From Candidatus Rokuibacteriota bacterium (GTDB lineage: Bacteria > Methylomirabilota > Methylomirabilia > Rokubacteriales > CSP1-6): a stretch of 64,000 bases of DNA. The stretch is taken from the NCBI GenBank assembly GCA_016184365.1, contig JACPCW010000075.1, positions 81,617-145,616 of the forward strand, written 5' to 3'. The position numbers were made by a program, and so were the translations under genes. The stretch's first letter is position 1; the number at the start of each line of letters is the position of its first letter. Shown here piece after piece: positions 49,258-59,595 of the stretch. The notes under the pieces were generated by a model that was not told the origin of the DNA, ran no database searches, and was given only the letters and a program-made list of their open reading frames with translations.

Positions 49258-50520
49258 CTACGGGTACAGGCCCCGGATCTTGTAGCCCTCCGCGACTCGC
49301 CGGATGCCCTCCATCAGTGCTGCCGTGCGCAGGTCCACGCCCTCTTTCGTCCCCAACGCCCACACGCGATTGAACGCGCGCGTCATCACTTCCTGCAGCC
49401 GCGCGGTGATCTCGCTCTCGCGCCAGAAGTAGTACTGCAGCCCCTGCACCCACTCGAAGTACGACACGACCACGCCGCCGGCATTCGCGAGCACGTCGGG
49501 AATGACCGTGACGCCGCGGTCCTTCAGGATGCGGTCGGCCTCCGGCGTCGTCGGCCCGTTGGCGCCCTCGGCGATGATCGACGCCTTGATGCGATCGGCG
49601 TTGTCCTCGCGGATCTGCGAGCCGATCGCGGCGGGGATGAGGATGTCGCACGGCTGTTCCAGGATCTCGGCGTTGTTCAGCACGTCGGCGCCGGGAAAGC
49701 CGACGACCGTGCCGGATGCCGCGACGTGGCGCTCGAGCTCACCGACGTCGAGTCCGTTGGGATTCCACACGGCGCCCTTGTAGTCGGCGACGCCGGCGAG
49801 GATCGCGCCTTCGCGCCAGAGGAGACGCGCGGCGACGCTGCCGACGTTGCCGAAGCCCTGAACGACGACCTTGCGACCGCGGATCTCCTGGCCGAGGTGG
49901 CGCGCCGCCTGGTAGAGCACGTACACGATCCCGCGCCCGGTCGCCTCGCGGCGTCCCGCGGAGCCGCCGACGAGGAGCGGCTTGCCGGTCACGACGCCGG
50001 GCACCGTGCGGCCCTGCGTCATCGAGTAGGTGTCCATCATCCACGCCATCGTCTGCTCGTCGGTGCCGAGATCCGGCGCGGGGATATCGAGGTCGGGACC
50101 GATCAGTAGAATGATCTCGGCGGTGTAGCGCCGCGTCAGGTGCTCGAGCTCGGTGCGCGACAGATCGCGCGGCGTGCACCGGACACCGCCCTTCGCGCCG
50201 CCGTACGGCAGACCCATCAGCGAGCATTTCCAGCTCATCAGCATCGCGAGCGCCGTGACCTCGCCGAGGTTGACGTCGGGCGCGTATCGCAGCCCGCCCT
50301 TCGTCGGACCGAGCACCGTGTTGTGGTGCACCCGGTAGCCGGTGAAGACCGCGGTCTTGCCGCTGTCCATGCGGATGGGAACGGAGACGACGAGCGCCCG
50401 GCGCGGATAGCGCAGGCGCTCATGGATATCGTCGTCGAGGTTCAGCCGTGCGGCGACCTGATCGAGCTGCTGGATCGTCGTCCGGAACAGGTCGGACTCG
50501 AAGTCGAGATGGTCGGTCAT
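49258..50520 (-). CDS. gdhA: NAD(P)-dependent glutamate dehydrogenase
   Basis: …KGGLRYAPDVNLGEVTALAMLMSWKCSLMGLPYGGAKGGV… is the Glu/Leu/Phe/Val dehydrogenase signature. Confidence 0.85.
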   Translation of the reverse strand: MTDHLDFESDLFRTTIQQLDQVAARLNLDDDIHERLRYPRRALVVSVPIRMDSGKTAVFTGYRVHHNTVLGPTKGGLRYAPDVNLGEVTALAMLMSWKCSLMGLPYGGAKGGVRCTPRDLSRTELEHLTRRYTAEIILLIGPDLDIPAPDLGTDEQTMAWMMDTYSMTQGRTVPGVVTGKPLLVGGSAGRREATGRGIVYVLYQAARHLGQEIRGRKVVVQGFGNVGSVAARLLWREGAILAGVADYKGAVWNPNGLDVGELERHVAASGTVVGFPGADVLNNAEILEQPCDILIPAAIGSQIREDNADRIKASIIAEGANGPTTPEADRILKDRGVTVIPDVLANAGGVVVSYFEWVQGLQYYFWRESEITARLQEVMTRAFNRVWALGTKEGVDLRTAALMEGIRRVAEGYKIRGLYP

Positions 50521-50555
50521 TGGCTCACCCTTGACAGGAACGGGTCCCGGCAGGA

Positions 50556-50580
50556 GACTCCGACTAAATTAGTCGCCGAT
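50556..50580 (+). promoter_or_regulatory. candidate IscR type-1 binding site (GACTAAATTAGTC core) upstream of iscR
   Basis: Matches the GACTRwwwYAGTC core of the type-1 IscR motif about 95 nt upstream of the iscR start. A TTGACA hexamer lies nearby at 50531. Confidence 0.4.
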
Positions 50581-50671
50581 CAAAAGCGTCGGGTATACTC
50601 TCTTATCGGGCGCGGCGTCGTGCCGTACCGGTGCGGGTTCGCAGCCCATGGGGAAAGGGACAAGGCGTTAG

Positions 50672-51106
50672 ATGCTCCGATTCACGAAGCGTGCCGACTA
50701 CGGGCTGATGGCGATTCATTATATCGCCGTCAACGAGAACCTCGGCGCGGTGAGCACCAAGCGCATCGCCGACGAGTTCCGGATTCCGCCGGAACTGCTC
50801 GCGAAAATTTTGCAACGCCTGGCGAAGGAAGGGCTGATCACGAGCCAGAACGGGCCGAAGGGCGGGTACGCGCTCGCCCGGCGCGCGACCGCGATCACCG
50901 TGGGCGAGGTGATCCGCGCGCTCGAGGGCCCGATCCGCATCGTCGACTGCTACGAGGCGACGAGCGAATGCCCGCAGATGGAGCGCTGTAATCTCCGTCG
51001 GCCGGCGCAGAAGATCCAGGCCGCAATCAGCCAGATGCTGGACACGATGAGCCTCAGCGAGCTCACGGCCGACGACGTGCCGGAGCTGCTGTCGATCAGG
51101 GCGTGA
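50672..51106 (+). CDS. iscR: Rrf2-family Fe-S cluster regulator IscR
   Basis: MLRFTKRADYGLMAIHYIA… HTH and the C-x5-C-x5-C cluster ligands (CYEATSECPQMERC). Confidence 0.8.
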   Translation: MLRFTKRADYGLMAIHYIAVNENLGAVSTKRIADEFRIPPELLAKILQRLAKEGLITSQNGPKGGYALARRATAITVGEVIRALEGPIRIVDCYEATSECPQMERCNLRRPAQKIQAAISQMLDTMSLSELTADDVPELLSIRA

Positions 51107-51147
51107 GAGCGGGATGTGACGCACATCCTGTCGAGGAGACCGATGCG

Positions 51148-52374
<1,227 letters not shown>

Positions 52375-52388
52375 GGGGCAAGGGGGCC

Positions 52389-52787
52389 ATGGCCTACAGC
52401 GAGAAGGTCGTCGATCACTACAACAACCCACGGAACGTCGGGTCCTTCACGAAGGACACGCCCGGAATCGGGACCGGCCTGGTCGGCGCGCCGGAGTGCG
52501 GCGACGTCATGAAGCTCCAGATCAAGGTCAATCTCGAGACCGGGGTGATCGAGGACGCGAAGTTCAAGACGTTCGGGTGCGGCAGCGCGATCGCGTCGTC
52601 GAGCCTCGCCACCGAGTGGCTGAAGGGCAGGACGATCGACGAGGCGGCCAAGATCAAGAACACCGACATCGTGAACGAGCTGAAGCTGCCGCCGGTGAAG
52701 ATCCACTGCTCGGTGCTGGCGGAAGACGCGATCAAGGCCGCGCTCGCGGATTACAAGACCAAGAACGCCGAGACGGCGGCGCGGTGA
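52389..52787 (+). CDS. iscU: Fe-S cluster scaffold IscU
   Basis: GAPECGDVMKLQIKV…FKTFGCGSAIASSS…IHCSVLAEDAIK. Confidence 0.85.
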   Translation: MAYSEKVVDHYNNPRNVGSFTKDTPGIGTGLVGAPECGDVMKLQIKVNLETGVIEDAKFKTFGCGSAIASSSLATEWLKGRTIDEAAKIKNTDIVNELKLPPVKIHCSVLAEDAIKAALADYKTKNAETAAR

Positions 52788-52809
52788 GAAAAGGGAGGAC
52801 GTCCGTTCC

Positions 52810-53136
52810 ATGGTCAATCTGACGGAGACGGCAGTCAAACAGGTCCACGAGCTCAGGCGCGCCCAGAACCTGGGGGACAACGTGTTCCTCCGCATGGGAG
52901 TCAAGGGCGGCGGCTGCTCGGGTCTCAGCTACCTGCTCGAGTTCGACTCGGAGGTGGGCCCGCACGACAAGGAGTTCGACGTCGAGGGCGTGAAGGTCGT
53001 CGTGGACAAGAAGAGCTACCTCTATCTGAACGGCACGACGCTCGACTACGTGCAGCAGGGACTCACGGGCGGCTTCACCTTCGTGAATCCCCAGGCCAAG
53101 TCGAGCTGCGGCTGCGGGACGTCCTTCTCCGCCTGA
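52810..53136 (+). CDS. iscA: Fe-S cluster insertion protein IscA (HesB family)
   Basis: …GGGCSGLSY… and C-terminal SCGCGTSF. Confidence 0.8.
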   Translation: MVNLTETAVKQVHELRRAQNLGDNVFLRMGVKGGGCSGLSYLLEFDSEVGPHDKEFDVEGVKVVVDKKSYLYLNGTTLDYVQQGLTGGFTFVNPQAKSSCGCGTSFSA

Positions 53137-53210
53137 CCGGGGTCGTCCGAACTGACGCGGGCGGGCCCGAACCTCGGGCCCGTTCCTATTTTCGGGGACG
53201 CATAGAGCAG

Positions 53211-53801
53211 ATGAACTATTTCGAAGTGTTCGGGCTCGACCGCAAGCTCGGGATCGACCAGGCTGCGCTGCAAGCGCGCTTCTACGAGCTGTCGCGCCGC
53301 TGGCATCCCGACTACCAGCACGCGGCGCCGCCGGACGAGCAGGCGCGCGCGCTCGAGCAGTCGGCGCTCGTGAACGCGGCGTACCGCGCGCTGCGCGATC
53401 CGATCGCGCGCATCGAGTACCTGATCCGGCTCGAGGAGGGGCGCGAGACGAAGGAAGGCGCGGCGGTGAAGCCGCAGGCGCCGCCTGAGCTGCTGGAGGA
53501 GATCTTCGAGCTCCAGGAAATGCTGCAGGACGCAAAGGCCGGCGGACTCGACCAGGCGTCACGGGCGCGGCTCGTGGCCGAGCGCGATGCGCTGGCCGCG
53601 CGGCAGCGCGAGGAATCCGCGCGTCTGACCGGCCCGCTGTCCGCGCGCTGGGACGACGCCGGGCCGGCGGATCGGCGGCAGGCCCTCGACGCGCTGAAGC
53701 GGTCGCTCGCGACGCGCGCCTATCTGCGCACCGTGATCGACGACCTGAACGCCGCGCTCGAGGAAACGCAGGAGGACCATGTCCCGCATCATCGGCATTG
53801 A
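53211..53801 (+). CDS. hscB: co-chaperone HscB (J-domain)
   Basis: MNYFEVFGL…RRWHPDY is a J-domain. Confidence 0.75.
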   Translation: MNYFEVFGLDRKLGIDQAALQARFYELSRRWHPDYQHAAPPDEQARALEQSALVNAAYRALRDPIARIEYLIRLEEGRETKEGAAVKPQAPPELLEEIFELQEMLQDAKAGGLDQASRARLVAERDALAARQREESARLTGPLSARWDDAGPADRRQALDALKRSLATRAYLRTVIDDLNAALEETQEDHVPHHRH

Positions 53802-55632
53802 CCTCGGGACGACGAACAGCCTCGTCGCGTACGTCGACGAGAAGACGAATCTGCCGCGCGTCATCCCGGACGAGCGCGGGCGCGCGCTGCTGCCGTCGAT
53901 CGTGGCGTTCACGCCCGAAGGCATCCTCGTCGGCGAGGCCGCGCGCCGCCAGCTCGTGCGCCGGCCGCGCGCCACGGTCTACTCGGTGAAGCGGCTGATG
54001 GGCCGCGGCTTCGACGACGTGAAGGGTGAGCTGCGCTACCTGCCGTTCGCCATCGCGCCCGCCGACGGGATCGTCAAGATCCAGGTCGAGGGGCGCGAGG
54101 TCACGCCGCCGGAGGTGTCCGCGGTCGTGCTGCGGGCGCTCAAGGAGCGCGCCGAGCGGCATTTCGGCGAGGCGATCGAGCAGGCGGTCATCACCGTGCC
54201 CGCGTACTTCAACGACAGCCAGCGCCAGGCGACGCGCGACGCCGGCCGCATCGCGGGCCTCGACGTCGTCCGCATCGTGAACGAGCCGACGGCGGCGTCG
54301 CTCGCCTACGGCCTCGACCGTCTCAAGCGCGGCGTCGTCGCGGTCTACGACCTCGGCGGCGGCACGTTCGACATCTCCATCCTGCGCGTCAACGAGGGGA
54401 TCTTCGAGGTCCTCGCGACGAACGGCGACACGCACCTCGGCGGTGACGATTTCGATCGCGTGCTGATGTTGTGGCTGGCCGAAGACATCCAGTCCCATCA
54501 TCATCGCGAGCTCGCGCAGGCCGGCGTCGATCTGGTGCGCGATGCCGACGCCGCCCAGGAGCTGCGGCTCGCCGCCGAGGCGGCCAAGATGCGGCTCTCG
54601 ACCGTGGAGCGGACGACGCTGACGATCCCGTTCGCCGATTTCACGTATCACCGCGACATCCCGCGTGACGACATCGAGCGGCTGATTGCGCCGCTCGTGG
54701 CCAAGACGCTCGGCCCGTGCCGGCAGGCGCTGAAGGACGCCGGGCTCGGCGCGTCCGAGATCGACGAGGTCGTGCTCGTCGGCGGCTCGACGCGTGTCCC
54801 GCTCGTGCGCCGTCGCGTGCAGGAGCTGTTTGGCCGCGTGCCGCACAGCCAGCTGAATCCCGACGAGGTCGTCGCGCTCGGCGCCGCCGTCCAGGCCCAC
54901 ATCCTCGCGGGCGGCATCACCGACATGCTGCTGCTCGACGTCACGCCGCTGTCGCTCGGGATCGAAACGCTCGGCGGCATCGTGAGCGTGCTGATTCCGC
55001 GCAACACGACCATCCCGACGAGCGCACGGGAGATGTTCACGACGTCCGTGGACGGGCAGACCGTCGTCGACATGCACGTCCTGCAGGGTGAGCGCGAGCT
55101 GGCGAAAGATTGCCGATCGCTCGCGCGGTTCGAGCTCTCCGGGATCGATCCGATGCCGGCGGGCATGCCTCGGATCGAGGTCACGTTCCTGATCGACGCC
55201 AACGGCCTGCTCACGACGACGGCGAAAGAGCTCCGAACGGGGAAGGCGGCGGCGATCGAGGTGAAGCCGACCTACGGTCTGAGCGAGACGGAAGTCCAGC
55301 GCATGGTCGAGGACTCGTTCACGTACGCCGAAGCCGACGTCGAGACGCGCCTGCTGATCGAGGCGCGGAACGAGGCCGACACGGTGATCACGCACGTGGA
55401 GCGCGCGCTGCGGCAGGGCGCGCATCTCGCGACGGACGCAGAGCGGCGCGCGATCGAGGCCGCCCTCGCGAAGCTCCGGCAGGCACGTGGCGGGGACGAT
55501 CGCCACGTGATCATCGAGACGACGACCGCGTTGAACCGGGCGACGGAACACCTCGCCGAGGTGATGATGGACGCGGCGCTGAGGGGCGCCATCCAGAGCC
55601 GCCGCGCCGACGAGATCATGGAGTCGCAGTGA
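53779..55632 (+). CDS. hscA: Fe-S assembly chaperone HscA (Hsp70)
   Basis: IIGIDLGTTNSLVA…DLGGGTFDIS… are Hsp70 motifs. Confidence 0.85.
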   Translation: MSRIIGIDLGTTNSLVAYVDEKTNLPRVIPDERGRALLPSIVAFTPEGILVGEAARRQLVRRPRATVYSVKRLMGRGFDDVKGELRYLPFAIAPADGIVKIQVEGREVTPPEVSAVVLRALKERAERHFGEAIEQAVITVPAYFNDSQRQATRDAGRIAGLDVVRIVNEPTAASLAYGLDRLKRGVVAVYDLGGGTFDISILRVNEGIFEVLATNGDTHLGGDDFDRVLMLWLAEDIQSHHHRELAQAGVDLVRDADAAQELRLAAEAAKMRLSTVERTTLTIPFADFTYHRDIPRDDIERLIAPLVAKTLGPCRQALKDAGLGASEIDEVVLVGGSTRVPLVRRRVQELFGRVPHSQLNPDEVVALGAAVQAHILAGGITDMLLLDVTPLSLGIETLGGIVSVLIPRNTTIPTSAREMFTTSVDGQTVVDMHVLQGERELAKDCRSLARFELSGIDPMPAGMPRIEVTFLIDANGLLTTTAKELRTGKAAAIEVKPTYGLSETEVQRMVEDSFTYAEADVETRLLIEARNEADTVITHVERALRQGAHLATDAERRAIEAALAKLRQARGGDDRHVIIETTTALNRATEHLAEVMMDAALRGAIQSRRADEIMESQ

Positions 55633-55955
55633 TGGCTGTACACCGCGTGACGTTTCTCCCCCTCAACCAGACGGTCGAGGTGGACGATACGAAGTACCCG
55701 TTCGGCGACCACGGCAAGCCGGGCTCGGTGCTCGACATCGCGCTCGCCAACGACATCGAACTCGAGCACAACTGCGGCGGCAGCTGCGCCTGTACGACGT
55801 GCCACGTCGTCGTGCGCGAAGGCAAGGAGAACCTGTCCGAGATGCAGGAGGACGAGGAGGACCGGCTCGACATGGCGGAAGGCCTCACCATCCACTCGCG
55901 CCTCGGCTGCCAGGCGGTCGTGCGCGGCGACGTCGTCGTGGAGATCCCGAAGTGA
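55632..55955 (+). CDS. fdx: [2Fe-2S] ferredoxin of the ISC system
   Basis: CGGSCACTTCHV…LGCQ cysteine pattern. ATGA overlap with hscA. Confidence 0.8.
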   Translation: MAVHRVTFLPLNQTVEVDDTKYPFGDHGKPGSVLDIALANDIELEHNCGGSCACTTCHVVVREGKENLSEMQEDEEDRLDMAEGLTIHSRLGCQAVVRGDVVVEIPK

Positions 55956-56158
55956 GCCTGCGCTGGCGCGACGCCGAGGACATCGCCATCGCGCTCGCCG
56001 AGAAGTTTCCCGACACGGACCCGCTCACCGTGCGATTCACGGATCTGCACCGCTGGGTGACCGAGCTCGACGGGTTCTCCGACGACGTGAAGGCGTCGAA
56101 CGAAGGGATGCTCGAGAAGATCCAGATGGCGTGGCTGGAGGAGCACCGCGGCCGCTGA
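55952..56158 (+). CDS. iscX: Fe-S assembly protein IscX
   Basis: SLRWRDAEDIAIALAEKFPDTDPLTVRFTDLHRWVTELDGFSDD resembles IscX/YfhJ. GTGA overlap. Confidence 0.7.
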   Translation: MSLRWRDAEDIAIALAEKFPDTDPLTVRFTDLHRWVTELDGFSDDVKASNEGMLEKIQMAWLEEHRGR

Positions 56159-56171
56159 GGCGGACGAGCGG

Positions 56172-56396
56172 TTACCACGCGATGACGCGCTCGGCTTCGA
56201 ACACGAGGTCCAGGAGTTGCGAGTAGGACACGTCCTCGGGAACGCGAACCCGCCGGACGCCGGCGGGCACGCCGGCCGACGCGGCGCCGTCGAGCAGCGC
56301 GACCGTGACGCGGTCGCCGGCGGCGACTTCCCGCCGCATCGTCTCGTCGGCCAGCGGATGGCCGCCCGCCTTGAGCAGGTGCAGGACGGTCGCCAT
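56172..56396 (-). CDS. DsrH/TusB-like sulfur-relay protein
   Basis: 74-aa protein, last gene of a DsrE-DsrF-DsrH-like trio. TGATG overlap with the preceding gene. Confidence 0.45.
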   Translation of the reverse strand: MATVLHLLKAGGHPLADETMRREVAAGDRVTVALLDGAASAGVPAGVRRVRVPEDVSYSQLLDLVFEAERVIAW

Positions 56397-56758
56397 CAGA
56401 ACACGATGAAGCGGCGGCCGCGCGTCACGAGGGCGGCGAGCTCATCGCGCGAGAGCGGCACGACGGGATGGCCGTCGGCGTTCCAGTCCGGATCGTCGGG
56501 AATCGCATCGCGATCGACGTGGAAGGGGATGTCGAGCGCTTTGAGATTCGCGCGGAACTTCGCGATGTCGTCGCCGTCGACGAGGTCGTCGGTGTCGCCG
56601 TCGAGCAGATGGACGCCGTGGCCGGTGAGCACGAACGTCACCTCGTTTTCGCCGGCGATGATGCCGAGGCCGATCCGCATGCCCTCGTTGGCGCGGTGCG
56701 ACTGGCGGGCGTCGCTGGAGATGACGACGAGCACAGGCGCTTGCTCAGACGGTGGCAT
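56396..56758 (-). CDS. DsrF/TusC-like sulfur-relay protein
   Basis: DsrE/DsrF-fold pattern (…LVVISSDARQ…VTFVLTGHGV…). Confidence 0.5.
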   Translation of the reverse strand: MPPSEQAPVLVVISSDARQSHRANEGMRIGLGIIAGENEVTFVLTGHGVHLLDGDTDDLVDGDDIAKFRANLKALDIPFHVDRDAIPDDPDWNADGHPVVPLSRDELAALVTRGRRFIVF

Positions 56759-56785
56759 CGTGGTCCTTCCCGCGTGTTCGAGGCC

Positions 56786-56847
56786 GGCGCCGGGTTCCCC
56801 GGCGCCGGCCGAGCGCTGGGGGTCTGGGGGCCATGTCGGGGCCCCCA
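56786..56847 (+). repeat. REP/MITE-like palindromic element, copy 6 (between dsrE-like and dsrF-like genes)
   Basis: ggcgccgggttccccggcgccggccgagcgctgggggtctgggggccatgtcggggccccca. The 5' hairpin here is GCCGGCGCCGGG-tt-CCCCGGCGCCGGC. Confidence 0.6.
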
Positions 56848-56849
56848 GG

Positions 56850-57170
56850 TCAATTGAGCGCGATGAAGCGATCCGTGCCGTTGATCAGGTCGGTGAGCAC
56901 GACGAGACCGCAGTACGTGACGGTGTCGGCGTCCTCGAGCGCGATGCGCCGCTTCTGACAGCCGTACGCGCAGACGAACAGCTTCGCGCCGCGGTCCGCG
57001 AGCGGTCGCACGTCGCGCAGCGCCCGCACGCCGTCGTCGATGAGGTAGAGGTAGACGGACGCGCCGCGATCGAGCGCGGCGTCCGCGAGACCGCGCGCGG
57101 CGCGCAGATTCGTCGCGTGATCCGGTCCGGTCGACAGCATGAGGCCGAGTTTTTTCTTCGCGAGCTCCAT
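56850..57170 (-). CDS. DsrE/TusD-like sulfur-relay protein
   Basis: …LFVCAYGCQKR… carries the conserved DsrE Cys motif. Confidence 0.55.
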   Translation of the reverse strand: MELAKKKLGLMLSTGPDHATNLRAARGLADAALDRGASVYLYLIDDGVRALRDVRPLADRGAKLFVCAYGCQKRRIALEDADTVTYCGLVVLTDLINGTDRFIALN

Positions 57171-57211
57171 CGCGAAGCGAGCGTAACACCCGCACCCGGA
57201 GGGGGCAATCG

Positions 57212-58366
57212 ATGAGCCGCCGCGTCTACCTCGATCACAACGCGTCGACGCCCGTGCATCCCGACGTCGTCGCCGAGATGCTGCCGTTCTTCAGCGAGAC
57301 GTTCGGCAACCCGTCCAGCGTGCACGGCTTCGGCCGCGAAGCGCGCGACGGCATGGACCAGGCGCGGGCGCGGATGGCCGCGTTCATGCGCACGAGTCCC
57401 GACGAGCTCGTGTTCACGTCCGGCGGGACGGAGTCGGACAACCTCGCCATCAAGGGCGTCGCGTACGCCGCGAAGCGCGGCCACCTGATCACGTCGAAGA
57501 TCGAGCACCACGCGGTGCTCCGCACGTGTCAGTGGCTCGAGACGCAGGGCTTCGCGGTCACGTATCTCGACGTCGACGAGTACGGCATGGTCGATCCGGA
57601 CGACGTCAAGCACGCGATGCGCCCGGACACGATCGCGATCAGCATCATGCACGCGAACAGCGAAGTCGGGACGATCCAGCCCATCGCCGCGATCGGCGCG
57701 CTCGCGCGCGAGCGTGGTGTGCCGCTCCACGTCGACGCCGTCCAGACGTTCGGCAAGGTGCCGATCGACGTCGACGCCATGGGCATCAGTCTGCTCAGCG
57801 CCTCCAGCCACAAGATCTACGGGCCGAAGGGCGTGGCGCTGCTCTGGATCCGCAAGGGGACCCGGATGGTCTCGGTCCAGCACGGCGGCGAGCACGAGCG
57901 GCGGCGGCGCGCCGGCACCGAGAACGTCGCCGGCATCGTCGGGTTCGGCAAGGCCCTGGAGATTCGCGGGCGCGACATGGCCGCCGAGGCGACGCGGCTG
58001 ACCGCGCTGCGCGATCGGCTCTGGGACGGCATTCGCGCGGCGGTGCCGGACGTGAAGCTGAACGGCCATCCGACCGAGCGCCTGCCGGGGACGGCGAACC
58101 TGTCGTACCGCAACGTCGAGTCCGAATCCATCGTGCTCGGCCTGGATCTCAAGGGGGTGGGGGTGTCCGCGGGCTCGGCGTGCACGTCGGGCAGCGTGGA
58201 GCCCTCGTACGTGCTGGTCGCGATGGGGGTGTCGCTCGACTGGGCGATGGGCGCCGTGCGGCATTCGCTCGGGCGGTCCACGACGGCGGAGGACATCGAT
58301 TACGTCGTCGCGTCCGTCGAGCCGATCGTCCGGAGGCTTCGCGAGAAGATGCCGGTCACTGCGTGA
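57212..58366 (+). CDS. nifS: cysteine desulfurase (NifS-like, second copy)
   Basis: RVYLDHNASTP…FTSGGTESDNLAIKG…SSHKIYGPKG…SAGSACTSG. Confidence 0.8.
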   Translation: MSRRVYLDHNASTPVHPDVVAEMLPFFSETFGNPSSVHGFGREARDGMDQARARMAAFMRTSPDELVFTSGGTESDNLAIKGVAYAAKRGHLITSKIEHHAVLRTCQWLETQGFAVTYLDVDEYGMVDPDDVKHAMRPDTIAISIMHANSEVGTIQPIAAIGALARERGVPLHVDAVQTFGKVPIDVDAMGISLLSASSHKIYGPKGVALLWIRKGTRMVSVQHGGEHERRRRAGTENVAGIVGFGKALEIRGRDMAAEATRLTALRDRLWDGIRAAVPDVKLNGHPTERLPGTANLSYRNVESESIVLGLDLKGVGVSAGSACTSGSVEPSYVLVAMGVSLDWAMGAVRHSLGRSTTAEDIDYVVASVEPIVRRLREKMPVTA

Positions 58367-58734
58367 GGTACAGCCGCACCCTCGTCGACCATTTCCTCAA
58401 CCCGCGCAACGCCGGGATGATGCGGGAGCCCGACGGCGTCGGCGAGGATCGGTACGAGGGATGCGGCGACCTCGCGCGGTTCTTTCTGCGCGCGCCGGAC
58501 GGCGTCGTGGTGGAGGCGCGGTTCCAGACATGGGGCTGCGGACCGACGATCGCCGCGGCCAGCGCCGCCAGCGAGCTCGTCGCGGGGCGGCGGCTCGACG
58601 ACGTGGCGCGGCTCGAGCCGGTCGAAGTCGAGCGCGCGCTCGACGGGTTGCCGGAGGACCGGAAACACGCGGCCGACGTGGTCGCCGGCGCGCTTCGCGC
58701 GGCGGCGCGCGCGTGCCTCGGACGGGATGGATGA
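58363..58734 (+). CDS. NifU/SufU-like Fe-S scaffold-type protein
   Basis: [18 protein letters not shown]…GCGDLARFF…[16 protein letters not shown] overlap with nifS. Confidence 0.6.
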   Translation: MRYSRTLVDHFLNPRNAGMMREPDGVGEDRYEGCGDLARFFLRAPDGVVVEARFQTWGCGPTIAAASAASELVAGRRLDDVARLEPVEVERALDGLPEDRKHAADVVAGALRAAARACLGRDG

Positions 58735-59407
58735 CGTGTTCGACGACCTGAAGCGTGACATCCGCGTCGTACGCGAGCGCGACCCGGCCGCGCGCTCGTC
58801 GCTGGAGGTCCTCGTCTGCTACCCCGGCGTTCATGCGCTCGCGCTGCATCGCGTCGGGCATCGCCTGTGGAACGCCGGCTGGACGACGCTCGCCCGGCTG
58901 GTGTCCCACGTGTCGCGGTTCGTGACGGGCATCGAGATCCACCCGGCGGCCAGGATCGGGCGCGGCTGCTTCATCGACCACGGCATGGGCATCGTCATCG
59001 GCGAGACGGCCGAGATCGGCGACAACGTGAGCCTCCTGCAGGGCGTGACGCTCGGCGGAACGAGCACGAAGCGCGAGAAGCGCCACCCGACGCTCGGCAA
59101 CAACGTCACCGTCGGCGCGGGCGCGAAGATCATCGGCGCATTCCGCATCGGCGACGGCAGCCGCATCGGCGCCGGCTCGGTGGTCGTGCGCGAGGTGCCG
59201 CCGAATTCGGTCGTCGTCGGCGTGCCCGGACGGGTCACGTTCCGCGACGGCCAGCGCGTGACCGACGGCATCGATCTCAACCAGACGGACCTGCCGGATC
59301 CCGTCGCCAACGCGCTCGAGCAGCTGCTGGAGCGTATCCGCGCGCTCGAAGCGGAGCTCGAGGCGATGCGCAAGACCGTCGAGCGCGACGAGCGGTCGGC
59401 GCGGTGA
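58727..59407 (+). CDS. cysE: serine O-acetyltransferase
   Basis: …[41 protein letters not shown]… hexapeptide repeats. Confidence 0.8.
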   Translation: MDDVFDDLKRDIRVVRERDPAARSSLEVLVCYPGVHALALHRVGHRLWNAGWTTLARLVSHVSRFVTGIEIHPAARIGRGCFIDHGMGIVIGETAEIGDNVSLLQGVTLGGTSTKREKRHPTLGNNVTVGAGAKIIGAFRIGDGSRIGAGSVVVREVPPNSVVVGVPGRVTFRDGQRVTDGIDLNQTDLPDPVANALEQLLERIRALEAELEAMRKTVERDERSAR

Positions 59408-59432
59408 GCGATCCGCTGCGCGAGGTCGAGGA

Positions 59433-59495
59433 GCGCCACGGGTTCCCCGGGGCGCTCCGAGCGCCGGGGGTCTGGGGGCCATGTCGGGGCCCCCA
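59433..59495 (+). repeat. REP/MITE-like palindromic element, copy 7
   Basis: gcgccacgggttccccggggcgctccgagcgccgggggtctgggggccatgtcggggccccca, followed by agcacgatcgat. Confidence 0.6.
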
Positions 59496-59555
59496 GCACG
59501 ATCGATGAGGGCGCACGCCGTGATCGAGCCGGGCGACGGCTTTGCCGGCGGCCGG

Positions 59556-59595
59556 CGAGCGGTGGGGGTCTGGGGGCCATGTCGGGGCCCCCAGC
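59556..59595 (+). repeat. REP-like element, copy 8 (3' half only, tandem to copy 7)
   Basis: ggcgagcggtgggggtctgggggccatgtcggggccccca followed again by agcacgatcgat; a local tandem duplication. Confidence 0.55.

Noticed and set aside
52732-55551. 939-aa minus-strand ORF opposite iscA-hscB-hscA
   Set aside because: Overlaps three strongly supported isc genes on the other strand. The translation is Arg/Ala-rich with no recognisable domain.
59481-59579. ORFs beginning MSGPP… inside REP hairpins (for example 59481, 59579, 8375, 24639, 28477, 49031, 56752)
   Set aside because: The ATG is part of the invariant GGCCATGTCGG hairpin core. The resulting 'proteins' are compositionally biased and overlap real genes. 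The one exception, the HD gene, is considered in the findings.
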